From positions 1-64,000 of the forward strand of contig JAKSOL010000008.1 in NCBI GenBank assembly GCA_024405635.1: 64,000 nucleotides of DNA, in the 5' to 3' direction. The notes below the pieces were generated by a model. It was given only the letters and a program-made list of their open reading frames with translations, was not told the origin of the DNA and made no database searches. Source of the stretch: Salinivirgaceae bacterium (GTDB taxonomy: Bacteria > Bacteroidota > Bacteroidia > Bacteroidales > SZUA-534). A program made the translations under genes and the position numbers. Below are positions 40,900 through 50,586 of this stretch, piece after piece. The stretch's first letter is position 1. Each line of letters begins with the position of its first letter.

Positions 40900-42234
40900 T
40901 TGGAACCTGATTCTTGTACACAAGAGGTAGTACCTGTCGCGGCGGGTATTACCTCCTTTTTTTCAATTCCCGAGCATACTCTTTTTCTTGCCGGAATATT
41001 TATAGCATTGTTTGCTTGCCTTATCTCAGGCAGCAAAATGGCGTTTGCACACCACGATAAAAAACGCCTTCAACAATTAAAAGGTCAAAAAAGCATTTCT
41101 GCAAAAGCCGCTATTAAACTAATAGAGAAACCCGAGTCGGCTCTTGCAGTTACATTAGTTGCTAATAGTATCAACTACTTATTACTATTAGTAATATGGT
41201 TATACTGCTCCGATACCCTATTCAATCATATTCACCCAAAGTCGTTGGCTCTATCGCTACAAATATCAATTGTGGCAACCTTCATTCTTTTAATTTGTGA
41301 ATTGATTCCTAAAATGCATGCAAAACAACATCCATTTTTCTATATCAACATAATGGCTGCACCGTTGTTTGTGTTAAACAAAATACTGAAACCAATAACC
41401 TACATCATAGCACGAAACAATCAACGTATTGAAAATCAATTAAATAAAGACCAGTCGCAATTAATGGACGAATTGTCTGATGCAATTGAAAACCCATCAG
41501 AAACATTGAACAACGAGCGCGACATGTTGAAAGGAATCATTGAATTTGGCAACATCGAAGTGTCAGAAATCATGTGTCCTCGCGTTGATATGATGGCAAT
41601 TGAAGCAAATGAAACATTTGACCAAGTGCTTAAAAAAATAACCACATCAGGCTACTCGCGCATACCAGTTTACACAAAAACACTCGACCAAGTAACTGGA
41701 ATTCTGTACATTAAAGATTTAATGCCACACATTGGCAAACGCGATTTTGATTGGGTTAAGCTAATACGCCAACCGCACTTTGTGCCCGAAAACAAAAAGA
41801 TAAACGAATTGTTAGAAGAACTTCAAATGCAAAAGAACCACATGGCAATTGCAGTTGATGAATATGGTGGCACATCGGGACTGGTTACCATGGAAGACAT
41901 TATTGAAATGATTGTGGGCGACATATCGGACGAATTTGACGATGAAGAATCAAACTATACAAAACTTGACGACCACACATACATTTTCAAAGGCAAAACT
42001 CTAATTCCCGACTTTTGCGATGTTTTTGGTCTTGATGCCAACACCTTTAATGAACAGCAAGGAGAATCGGAATCGCTTGCTGGGCTAATTCTTGAAATGA
42101 AAGGAGAGCTGCCTCGCAAGAACGAAAAATTTGAATGCGGAAACTTTAACTTTACTGTTGACGAAGTTGATCGCCGACGCATCACCTCAATTCGAGTTGA
42201 AGTAAAAAACAATCCTGAAATTGAAGATAAATAA
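40900..42234 (+). CDS. gldE: Gliding motility-associated GldE / CNNM-CBS-CorC protein
   Basis: DUF21 TM region, CBS pair (GYSRIPVY, VDEYGGTSGLVTMED) and CorC_HlyC domain; lies between ssb and gldD. Confidence 0.85.
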   Translation: MEPDSCTQEVVPVAAGITSFFSIPEHTLFLAGIFIALFACLISGSKMAFAHHDKKRLQQLKGQKSISAKAAIKLIEKPESALAVTLVANSINYLLLLVIWLYCSDTLFNHIHPKSLALSLQISIVATFILLICELIPKMHAKQHPFFYINIMAAPLFVLNKILKPITYIIARNNQRIENQLNKDQSQLMDELSDAIENPSETLNNERDMLKGIIEFGNIEVSEIMCPRVDMMAIEANETFDQVLKKITTSGYSRIPVYTKTLDQVTGILYIKDLMPHIGKRDFDWVKLIRQPHFVPENKKINELLEELQMQKNHMAIAVDEYGGTSGLVTMEDIIEMIVGDISDEFDDEESNYTKLDDHTYIFKGKTLIPDFCDVFGLDANTFNEQQGESESLAGLILEMKGELPRKNEKFECGNFNFTVDEVDRRRITSIRVEVKNNPEIEDK

Positions 42235-42240
42235 CTAATT

Positions 42241-42819
42241 ATGAGAAGGATACTATTCATGATGTGTGCTATTGTTGCACTGCAAGCTTGCAATAATGAC
42301 TACACCCCAAAACCAAAGGGATATTTTAGGATTGACCTTCCCGAAAAAAACTACACCCGCATTTCTGAACCTATTCCCTATTCATTTGAGATTCCTCAAT
42401 ATGCTGTATTCGAATTAAGAAAAACCCACAATCTTGATGAAAAATATTGGGCTGACATAACTTTTAAGTCAATGAAAGCCAAAGTTCACCTTAGCTACAA
42501 AAAAGTAAACGGCAATCTTGACGAATACACAAACGACTCTCGCAGTTTTGTTTACAAACACACAATAAAAGCCGATGCCATTGGCGAAATGGCATACTCA
42601 AATGAAGACGATAATGTATTTGGCACTTTTTACGAAATAAAAGGAGATGCTGCGTCAAACGTACAATTCTATTTAACCGATAGCGCAAAAAACTTTGTTC
42701 GCGGCGCACTATACTTTGATGTTGTTCCAAACAAAGATTCATTGGCTCCTGTTTTGTCTTTCATTTCTGAAGACGTAAAACATTTGATCGAAACTTTTAA
42801 GTGGGAAAAATGCCGATAG
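42241..42819 (+). CDS. gldD: Gliding motility lipoprotein GldD
   Basis: Lipobox LQAC; PKPKGYFRIDLP, KHTIKA and QFYLTDS..FVRGALYF..PN.DSLAP motifs. Confidence 0.92.
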   Translation: MRRILFMMCAIVALQACNNDYTPKPKGYFRIDLPEKNYTRISEPIPYSFEIPQYAVFELRKTHNLDEKYWADITFKSMKAKVHLSYKKVNGNLDEYTNDSRSFVYKHTIKADAIGEMAYSNEDDNVFGTFYEIKGDAASNVQFYLTDSAKNFVRGALYFDVVPNKDSLAPVLSFISEDVKHLIETFKWEKCR

Positions 42820-43415
42820 TATTTAAACGACAAATTGACTCATTTACACAACTTGCTGTGTGGCAATTAACTGAAACCGCACACGAATTACTATCAACAT
42901 ACAAATACGACTCGTCATTTGTTAATGACATAAAAAACGAAAAACGCAAATGCGAAAAATTGGCTGCCAGAATACTTATTTCTTCAATAATCGATGCCGA
43001 GCCACAAATAACATACGAATTGAGTGGCAAACCCATTTTAAATAACTATAACGGCAACGTAAGTATAACGCATTCAAACAGTTACATTAGTGTAATTATA
43101 TCGACAAAACATGTTGGCATCGACATAGAAACCATTAACGAACGAGCCTCAAAAGTCAGGCACAAGTACCTAACAAACAAAGAGTTAAGTTGGTGCAACG
43201 ACAATTACAAACACACTTTGGTGTGGTCGGCAAAAGAGGCTGCATACAAAATATACGGTGACGACCCCGAATTTGCTCACTACGAAGTTGCCGAACCCAA
43301 ACCTATTGAACAAGGGGCTACATCAATTATGATAAATGGGAAATTGGGCAACAAACAATATATTTGCCATTATGAATTAGTTGGCAACGATATTCTAGTT
43401 TACATTATTGATTGA
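42810..43415 (+). CDS. 4'-phosphopantetheinyl transferase family protein
   Basis: GKP, SITHS, VGIDIE and WSAKEAAYK motifs; ATG at 42810. Confidence 0.88.
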   Translation: MPIVFKRQIDSFTQLAVWQLTETAHELLSTYKYDSSFVNDIKNEKRKCEKLAARILISSIIDAEPQITYELSGKPILNNYNGNVSITHSNSYISVIISTKHVGIDIETINERASKVRHKYLTNKELSWCNDNYKHTLVWSAKEAAYKIYGDDPEFAHYEVAEPKPIEQGATSIMINGKLGNKQYICHYELVGNDILVYIID

Positions 43416-43427
43416 CAATTAAATACA

Positions 43428-44162
43428 ATGTTTTTACAAACACTAACAGAACGAAAAAAGGCAGGCAAAAAAATGTTTGCTTTGCTAATTGACCCCGACA
43501 AACAAAGCTTAAACAAGCTAGCTACTTTGTTTGGTGGATTATCAAACAGCATCATCCCCGATGTGGTTCTTGTTGGTGGCAGTTTGTTGTTCAACAATTG
43601 CGATAAAACCATTGAAACAATAAAAGCAAACTGCAATGCGCCTGTGTTTTTGTTTCCAGGCAATGCATCTCAAATAAGCACCAAAGCCGACGGCATTCTT
43701 CTTCTATCGCTCATCTCTGGAAGAAATGCAGAATTCCTTATCGGTCAGCATGTTAATGCCGCACCAATACTAGCAAAATCAGAGTTGGAGGTTTTACCTG
43801 TAGGATATATGCTTATTGGCGAAGAAAACTATAGTTCGGTGAGATACATGAGCAACACAATGCCTATTCCGCAGAGCAAAACCGACATTGCCATTGCCAC
43901 TGCATTGGCTGGACAAATGCTTGGACTTAAAGCCATTTACCTTGAAGCGGGTAGCGGAGCAAAAACTCCTGTACCTACCGAAATGATAAAAGCCGTTAGC
44001 GAAAACATTGATATTCCACTTATTGTTGGTGGTGGATTAAGAACAATTGAAGACGTTGAAACAGCACTTAATGCAGGAGCCGATATGGTTGTTGTTGGAA
44101 ATTCTATTGAAAAAAATCCACAATTGGCACACTCAATATGCTCAACTATTAAAAACTATTAG
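43428..44162 (+). CDS. Geranylgeranylglyceryl/heptaprenylglyceryl phosphate synthase (PcrB/GGGPS family)
   Basis: LIDPD, LVGGS, LFPG, SLISGRN, YLEAGSGA and VGGG motifs. Confidence 0.92.
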   Translation: MFLQTLTERKKAGKKMFALLIDPDKQSLNKLATLFGGLSNSIIPDVVLVGGSLLFNNCDKTIETIKANCNAPVFLFPGNASQISTKADGILLLSLISGRNAEFLIGQHVNAAPILAKSELEVLPVGYMLIGEENYSSVRYMSNTMPIPQSKTDIAIATALAGQMLGLKAIYLEAGSGAKTPVPTEMIKAVSENIDIPLIVGGGLRTIEDVETALNAGADMVVVGNSIEKNPQLAHSICSTIKNY

Positions 44163-45334
44163 TCGGCACGCTGTGCCCTCTCCCATTTTACTGATTGAGT
44201 ACCCCTAAAATATCGGAACGCACCAAGCCACATAGCTTTGTTAGCTAAATAAAAATAATATGGTATGTGTATTAATGGGTTAGCATTTCTTTGGTTACGA
44301 AAAATACTACCTATAAATGCTAGCACATAAAACAATAATTGTAGTGCAAACAATACAATAAAAATATTGCCGTAACCAACTAACAATGCATTAGTTACAA
44401 ACAAAATTGGCAAACATAGTGGCACAATTATCCAGCGGAAAATTTTGTGCGACACGTATTGAAAGGTTAACATTGGATGCTTAAAAAAGTTAAGCAACGC
44501 TGTAAGCCGCACCATCGATTGAATGCTTCCGGCGGCAATGCGCACCTTACGTTTCATTTCCTCCTCAACGTTAACCGATGGTTTTTCAATTGCGCAAGCC
44601 TTTGATGAGTAAGCAATTGAGTAACCCAAAAGAGCTATTCGCAACGATATTTCAAAATCATCGAGAATGGTATCATCAGCAACTGGCACAAAAAGGCTTT
44701 TTCTGAAGGCAAAAAGTTCGCCAGCAGCACCAATTGTTGAACCAACGCAAGCATCGTTTTGCTTTATCCACGATTCGTAGCGCCAATAAGCACTTTCGCC
44801 CAACGACGCTGCATTTCCTTCCTCAATTTGCAAAACACGCTTTTCGCCTGCCACACAGCCAACGCTTTTGTTTTGCATCAACCGCACAATCTCCATAACA
44901 CTATCTTGTGTTAACAACGTATTTGCATCTGAAAAGATAACTATATCAGTATCAACATATTGCAGCCCTCGTTTCATAGCATTAACCTTGCCTGCCCTTT
45001 CTGGTTGAAAAAGGACAACCACATTACTATAATTTGAAAGCAAAGCATTGGTATTGTCAGATGAACCATCGGTTACCCAAACTTGATGAAGTTTTTCTGC
45101 CGGATAATTCAACGACAGGGAATTTTGCACTTTAGCATCAACGCTCTTTTCTTCGTTATACGCAGTAACAAAAAGCGTAACATGAGGCAATTCTGCAATT
45201 GGTAAAACTTGGTGTTTACGATTTTTTACAACTAAGGCAATTAATGCTATTAGCAATGGATAAAGCAGATATGCATAAACCACACAAAAGACTGATACCC
45301 AAAAGATTATCTTCAAAAACAAATCTACACCCAT
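44159..45334 (-). CDS. Membrane glycosyltransferase family 2 (PgaC/IcaA-like)
   Basis: AYNEE, TDGSSD, FSDAN, GAAGELFA and DDF motifs; N- and C-terminal TM segments. Confidence 0.88.
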   Translation of the reverse strand: MGVDLFLKIIFWVSVFCVVYAYLLYPLLIALIALVVKNRKHQVLPIAELPHVTLFVTAYNEEKSVDAKVQNSLSLNYPAEKLHQVWVTDGSSDNTNALLSNYSNVVVLFQPERAGKVNAMKRGLQYVDTDIVIFSDANTLLTQDSVMEIVRLMQNKSVGCVAGEKRVLQIEEGNAASLGESAYWRYESWIKQNDACVGSTIGAAGELFAFRKSLFVPVADDTILDDFEISLRIALLGYSIAYSSKACAIEKPSVNVEEEMKRKVRIAAGSIQSMVRLTALLNFFKHPMLTFQYVSHKIFRWIIVPLCLPILFVTNALLVGYGNIFIVLFALQLLFYVLAFIGSIFRNQRNANPLIHIPYYFYLANKAMWLGAFRYFRGTQSVKWERAQRAD

Positions 45335-46551
45335 TGTTGGTAAAATTTATTGAGTTCAGCAATTATGTTACTATTACAATAATGGTTGAGCGCAAACGAA
45401 TAAGCCTCCGATGCCATTTTACCAACACATTTATTATCAGCAACTATTGCATTCATCTGGCTCAACATATCATCGGCGGTTTTGCAAATAAAAAGATGCT
45501 TACCGTTTTCTGCCTTAATGCCTTCAGCTCCAATTGGTGTGGTAATTACGCATTTACTACGTGACATTGCCTCAACAATTTTTATACGCATACCACTGCC
45601 CGACAAAAGTGGCACAACCATCACATTTTGCTCATCGACAAATTGTTGGGCATCTTTAACCTCGCCCTGGTAATCAACATCAAACAACTTAAGTTGATTT
45701 TCGAAATCAGTAGGAGCATTACGCCCCGCTATAACAAATGTCCATTTTGGGTTTTGCAACTTAAACTTTTGCCATACGTTTTGTAAAAACCACAAAATGG
45801 CTTGCTGGTTAGGTTCCCAATCGAGCGCACCAATGTAGAAGAACGATTGCAAATTTTGCGGTTGCCTTGGTAAACTAAAATTTCTTTGCACTATACCAGT
45901 TGGCGAAACATGAACTTTTTCCTTGTTTGCAAATGGTAATTTTATGGCATCGGTTTCGGTTATTGGCACCAACAAATCAACGTTTTGTAACGTTTTAAAT
46001 TCCAAACGTTTAACACGATTTGCTAGTACTTTTTTATATAGTTTCTTTATTTTATTTGGTTCAGACAAATATAGCTGATGCCAAATTTGCCACTCAACAT
46101 TGTGAGCCCTTAAAGCAATTAATGCCAACGAATGCCGACGTATAGTATCAATATAACTAGAAAGATACAAGCCCTCAAGTTGAACAATATCGTATTGCTT
46201 GTGCTTAAGTTTTGCAACCAAGGCATTGTCAAATTCATGAGAATAGAACCTAACTGCATTGTATGGCTCGCGCGAGAATAACAGATTGGCAACCAACCTT
46301 ATTGGCTTTATATCGGTATTAACGGCAACCCCACTCCATTGTATGTTTGAAGTAAGATGTTGCGGTAATTGATTGATTTGGAAATGATGCTTTGGAGTCT
46401 GCATTGCCAACACATCAACATTATTACCTGCATCAGAAAGACCGGTAAGCATATTAAGCATAGCAATTGAGCCTCCATCGGTTGGTGGAAATGGCATTTT
46501 ATTGCATAATACAAGGATACGCAACGATCTGTTATTTAACAGGTTGGGCAT
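45325..46551 (-). CDS. Glycosyltransferase family 4
   Basis: PFPPTDGG, HNVE, GALDWEPN and PLLSGSGMRIKIVEAM motifs. Confidence 0.9.
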   Translation of the reverse strand: MPNLLNNRSLRILVLCNKMPFPPTDGGSIAMLNMLTGLSDAGNNVDVLAMQTPKHHFQINQLPQHLTSNIQWSGVAVNTDIKPIRLVANLLFSREPYNAVRFYSHEFDNALVAKLKHKQYDIVQLEGLYLSSYIDTIRRHSLALIALRAHNVEWQIWHQLYLSEPNKIKKLYKKVLANRVKRLEFKTLQNVDLLVPITETDAIKLPFANKEKVHVSPTGIVQRNFSLPRQPQNLQSFFYIGALDWEPNQQAILWFLQNVWQKFKLQNPKWTFVIAGRNAPTDFENQLKLFDVDYQGEVKDAQQFVDEQNVMVVPLLSGSGMRIKIVEAMSRSKCVITTPIGAEGIKAENGKHLFICKTADDMLSQMNAIVADNKCVGKMASEAYSFALNHYCNSNIIAELNKFYQQWV

Positions 46552-48070
46552 TTTCTTTTTTCTTTTTCAATTTCGATTCAACATAATCGAAAGGAATAAG
46601 CAATTTGCACCAAATGGGCGATGCCTCCATTTTTCGGCGCAATTTTTGAAAGAAAATGTAATATGTGCTTTTTTCAAGAATTGCTGCATCGCGAATTGCC
46701 TTATAAGTTAGGAAAACTCCAAGCGGAGTAAGCACCACAGTAGATAGCCACATGCCCATTGCAGCAGGCCACGCACCTGTTTTGGCAGCTTTTTCACCAC
46801 TAATATTTATCACGTAATAAAGCACAAAGAACAGCACTGCAATAACAATTGGAGTTCCTATACCGCCTTTACGAATAATGGCACCAAGAGGCGCGCCGAT
46901 AAAAAACAGCAACAAACACGCAATTGAGAGAGTGAATTTGCGGTGCCACTCAATCTCGTATCGTTTAATTGTTTTCACTTGGCGTTTTAAGTCACTTCCA
47001 AGATTTGTGATATACGATTTTGCCTCACGCGCATGCTCAAATGCATAACTTACTACCATTGCGCGCTCGGAGTTATTCATGTGTTTATATACAGAGTCGA
47101 AGTTAAATGCAACATTAACTGGAACTGTATCAACCGAATACCATGCAGTGTCCTTTTGACGATAAACCTTTCGAAACACATTTTCATTTGTGTACTTTGT
47201 TACAAATTCAGTTTTGTGGTTTTGCAGTTTGCCGTTAAGCGAATCGGTTGTATGTCCAAGTTGATTTAAATTGAGCATACCATAATGGTTTTTGAAAAGA
47301 GACTCGTCAGACCTTTCGAAACCAAGTCCCGATAGGTCGATTTGGAAACGTTGCTCGTCAAAATGCACTATTCGCTGAGGGAATTCGCGGCTATTCCACG
47401 ACTTATGTTTTTCAACCTCATCAACATATTGAATTCCATTATAAAGGATAAGCACCAAAAAGTGTTTATCGTCGGTCATAAGCATAGTGCCTGAATCGGC
47501 AACTGTTACATCGCGGTTACCATTTTCTTGTGTATGATTGTAAATCATTATGTTATAGAGCATTGGCGATGTACGGCTTTTGTGTGCCACTTTAATTGTA
47601 TATCCTTCAATGGCATCAGAAAAAACGCCTTCTTTAATAACCGCTTCAGGTTTTTGATGCTTTACATCCCACAAAAGTGTACTCATTTTGAGGTTTGTGT
47701 AAGGCATCACATTGTTTGAGAAGAAAAATGCACCAGCACTTAACAACATAACAAAAATTATCAGTGGGCGCATTATCTGAATAAGTGATATTCCTGCCGA
47801 TTTTATTGCAACTAGTTCGTTGTGTTCGGCAAGATTTCCAAATGTCATAATGGAACTTAGCAACACTGCCAAGGGCAAAGCCATGGGCACTAAACTACAA
47901 CAAGCATACATTAATAGTTCAGCTATCACGCTGAATTCAAGTCCTTTACCCACAAGTTCGTCGATGTAACGCCAAAGGAATTGCATCAACAAGATGAACA
48001 TTGAAATGAAAAAAGTGAGAACAAACGGACCTATGTACGATGATAATATAAAGCGATATAGTTTTTTCAC
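46532..48070 (-). CDS. LptF/LptG family LPS export permease
   Basis: QFLWRYIDELVGKG, LPLAVLLSSIMTFG.L.E.NEL and EWHRKF..FFIGAPLGAIIRKGG motifs. Confidence 0.92.
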   Translation of the reverse strand: MKKLYRFILSSYIGPFVLTFFISMFILLMQFLWRYIDELVGKGLEFSVIAELLMYACCSLVPMALPLAVLLSSIMTFGNLAEHNELVAIKSAGISLIQIMRPLIIFVMLLSAGAFFFSNNVMPYTNLKMSTLLWDVKHQKPEAVIKEGVFSDAIEGYTIKVAHKSRTSPMLYNIMIYNHTQENGNRDVTVADSGTMLMTDDKHFLVLILYNGIQYVDEVEKHKSWNSREFPQRIVHFDEQRFQIDLSGLGFERSDESLFKNHYGMLNLNQLGHTTDSLNGKLQNHKTEFVTKYTNENVFRKVYRQKDTAWYSVDTVPVNVAFNFDSVYKHMNNSERAMVVSYAFEHAREAKSYITNLGSDLKRQVKTIKRYEIEWHRKFTLSIACLLLFFIGAPLGAIIRKGGIGTPIVIAVLFFVLYYVINISGEKAAKTGAWPAAMGMWLSTVVLTPLGVFLTYKAIRDAAILEKSTYYIFFQKLRRKMEASPIWCKLLIPFDYVESKLKKKKENAQPVK

Positions 48071-48124
48071 AACAAGCGATTTTAACCTAACATGGGTGGC
48101 AAAAATACACTTTTAATAGAGCAT

Positions 48125-48505
48125 TTATGCACCTAACAAACGTTTAAGGTCCAAAATCTGTTCGTTCCACAAATCGGTTATTTCGTCCTCTTCGCCTTCT
48201 TCAACAAATTCGGTAATGGTTAGCGACAAATCGCCAGTAAGTTCTTGTGTGTTAAGGCTAAATTCAAGCGAACTACAATCTTCATCCTCGTCGAGCCAAT
48301 TAAACCCTACGTATTTCAAGTCGCGAACTTGAACTAGCTCTGCACTGCGTTGCTCACCTGGCCATGTAAAAGTGAAAACATTATTACAGTCATCAACCTT
48401 ATCAGCAAACCACTCGCTTAATCCTATTGCAGTTGAAAGGCGCGGAAAAAGAATTTTTGGAGTGGTGTTAATGTGATACTCTATGCTTATCTGCTTTTTT
48501 GCCAT
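48125..48505 (-). CDS. START-like (SRPBCC) domain protein
   Basis: LST..GLSEWFAD.V, FTFTW and ELTGD..L.ITE motifs; ATG start MAKKQ. Confidence 0.85.
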   Translation of the reverse strand: MAKKQISIEYHINTTPKILFPRLSTAIGLSEWFADKVDDCNNVFTFTWPGEQRSAELVQVRDLKYVGFNWLDEDEDCSSLEFSLNTQELTGDLSLTITEFVEEGEEDEITDLWNEQILDLKRLLGA

Positions 48506-48710
48506 TACTACTTTATAATTATGATTAATATTTGGTTTGCGCAATATATTGTGAGTCAACAAAAAAAACTATCAATGTTAATATCTATTGAAAAAGTTGT
48601 GACATGAGAAAAACATAGATATAACGACCATAAGCATCCGAAAAACAAAACCAGCAATACCACAAAAGGCAAATAAGACTACCTTTGCGGCCCAAAAAAG
48701 CGAACTGAGT

Positions 48711-49604
48711 ATGTGGTTATTATTTGCTCTTTTATCGAGCATTTTGCTAGGTGGATACGACATTCTGAAAAAATCGTCGTTAAAAGGAAACAGTTACATT
48801 CCCGTACTATTTGTGGCAACTGCCAGCGGGGCAATTTTGTTTTTTTTAGTGCTGATGCTATCGCGGTGCAATATTGTTAAAATGGATAGCCTTTTCTACG
48901 TTCCACAAATAAGTTTAACCGAGCATCTTTGGTACATACTTAAAGCCATTTTGGTTGGCAGTTCGTGGATTTTTGCATACAACGCACTTAGCAAACTCCC
49001 CATAACCATTGTTGCGCCAATACGCTCAACAGGCCCAGTTTGGACTCTTTTGGGAGCATTTTGTATTTATGGCGAACGATTTAACAATGTTCAATGGATT
49101 GCGTTTTTGATTGTTATTTTTTCGTCGTACCTATTTGCCCGCGCTGGAAAAAACGAAGGAATTAACTTTAAATACAACCATGCAATATGGGCCATATTTG
49201 CAGCAACCTTGCTTGGTAGCATGTCGTCGTTAGTTGACAAATATCTGCTATCGCAATACGACCGAATGGCGGTTCAAACATGGTACTCAATGTATATGGG
49301 AGTGTTTATGCTTATTCCACTATCGTTTTGGTGGCCAAAGCGCAACATTACCCCAACCTTTGTTTGGAAATGGACAATTCCAATGATTGGCATTTGCCTA
49401 TCGGTGGCCGACTTTATGTATTTCTACGCACTAAGCCGCCCCGAAGCCTTACTTGGTGTAGTATCGGTTATAAGACGAAGTAGCGTTGTCATTGCATTTA
49501 CACTTGGTGCCATTTTGTTCAAAGAGCACAACCTAAAAGCCAAAGGCATTGCTTTGCTCGGTATAATAATAGGCGTAACACTATTGGTAATTGGCTCGCA
49601 CTAA
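48711..49604 (+). CDS. EamA/DMT family transporter
   Basis: 10 TM segments in two repeats; LPITIVAPI and RRSSVV motifs; TACCTTTG -7 element at 48680. Confidence 0.88.
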   Translation: MWLLFALLSSILLGGYDILKKSSLKGNSYIPVLFVATASGAILFFLVLMLSRCNIVKMDSLFYVPQISLTEHLWYILKAILVGSSWIFAYNALSKLPITIVAPIRSTGPVWTLLGAFCIYGERFNNVQWIAFLIVIFSSYLFARAGKNEGINFKYNHAIWAIFAATLLGSMSSLVDKYLLSQYDRMAVQTWYSMYMGVFMLIPLSFWWPKRNITPTFVWKWTIPMIGICLSVADFMYFYALSRPEALLGVVSVIRRSSVVIAFTLGAILFKEHNLKAKGIALLGIIIGVTLLVIGSH

Positions 49605-49736
49605 ACGCATTACATCAAATTAAGGTGCATTTAATTTTAACCTCGCGATGTTAATTAAATGTAAGCTCAGCCCGATGCTCAATGAGACATAAAAGGAATA
49701 AATGATTATTTTTGCACCCGATTTTTGAGTAAACTA

Positions 49737-50384
49737 ATGGCAAACAAAATTCTTTCAGTTCTTTTTGCAATAGCATTGCTATTACCAGCCTTGAATTGTA
49801 GCGCTGGCGATACCGACAAAGATTGGGAACTGGTAGGACAAGACAGCGACATTAAAGTATTTGAACGCTGGGTTAATCTTGACAAAAACCAAAAAGCACG
49901 CGAACGTTCGGGACGAATGGTGCTAAACTGCACACCAGAACAACTGCTATCGGTTTTAAGCGACGAGAACAAAACCGACCTTTGGATGAGTTACGTAAAA
50001 GAATGCCACATTATTAAACGCGACAACGACGATTTATGGTCGGTTTACACATTGCTTGATGCCCCTTACCCTGTTGGAAAGCAAGACTTAGTAACACAAT
50101 ACAAAGTAACTCGCAACGGCAACAACATTACCCTTGCCATTGATCAACAAAACACACTTGTTCCGCGCAAAAAAGACATTGAACGACTCGACTCATTTAA
50201 CGCATTGTGGGAAATTAGACAAGTTGGCGAACATACTTGCAGCGTGGTGTTTACTACACAATCAACCCAACCAAACAAATACCCTAACTGGTTGCAAGAT
50301 CCGCTTGTGCGTAAGGTCTTTTTGCAAAACATGAAAAAGTTACGCCGCCACACATCGCAACAATTCGGTGTTAAAAATCTTTAG
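49737..50384 (+). CDS. Exported START domain lipid-binding protein
   Basis: Signal peptide; WELV...IKVFER, PYPV..QDLV and W-rich helix-grip pattern. Confidence 0.75.
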   Translation: MANKILSVLFAIALLLPALNCSAGDTDKDWELVGQDSDIKVFERWVNLDKNQKARERSGRMVLNCTPEQLLSVLSDENKTDLWMSYVKECHIIKRDNDDLWSVYTLLDAPYPVGKQDLVTQYKVTRNGNNITLAIDQQNTLVPRKKDIERLDSFNALWEIRQVGEHTCSVVFTTQSTQPNKYPNWLQDPLVRKVFLQNMKKLRRHTSQQFGVKNL

Positions 50385-50586
50385 CCCTATCCAAAACTGC
50401 ACTTAAAACAACGATAGTTGTAGGGCTATCACTCATGTCAACAATGCACTTTTGTTGTTTGTGGCATCAACAAAGATTTTTGTTACCATAGCAAAGAAAC
50501 AAAAGTCTGTTTTTGCACAACAATACACCACCATTAGTTACATTTGCGAATTATGACTAATGCACAAACCGCATAATTATTTCTAT

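Noticed and set aside
49627-49662. AT-rich inverted repeat (CATTTAATT...AATTAAATG) after the EamA gene
   Set aside because: It is low complexity with no T-tract and cannot be distinguished from chance or a weak terminator.
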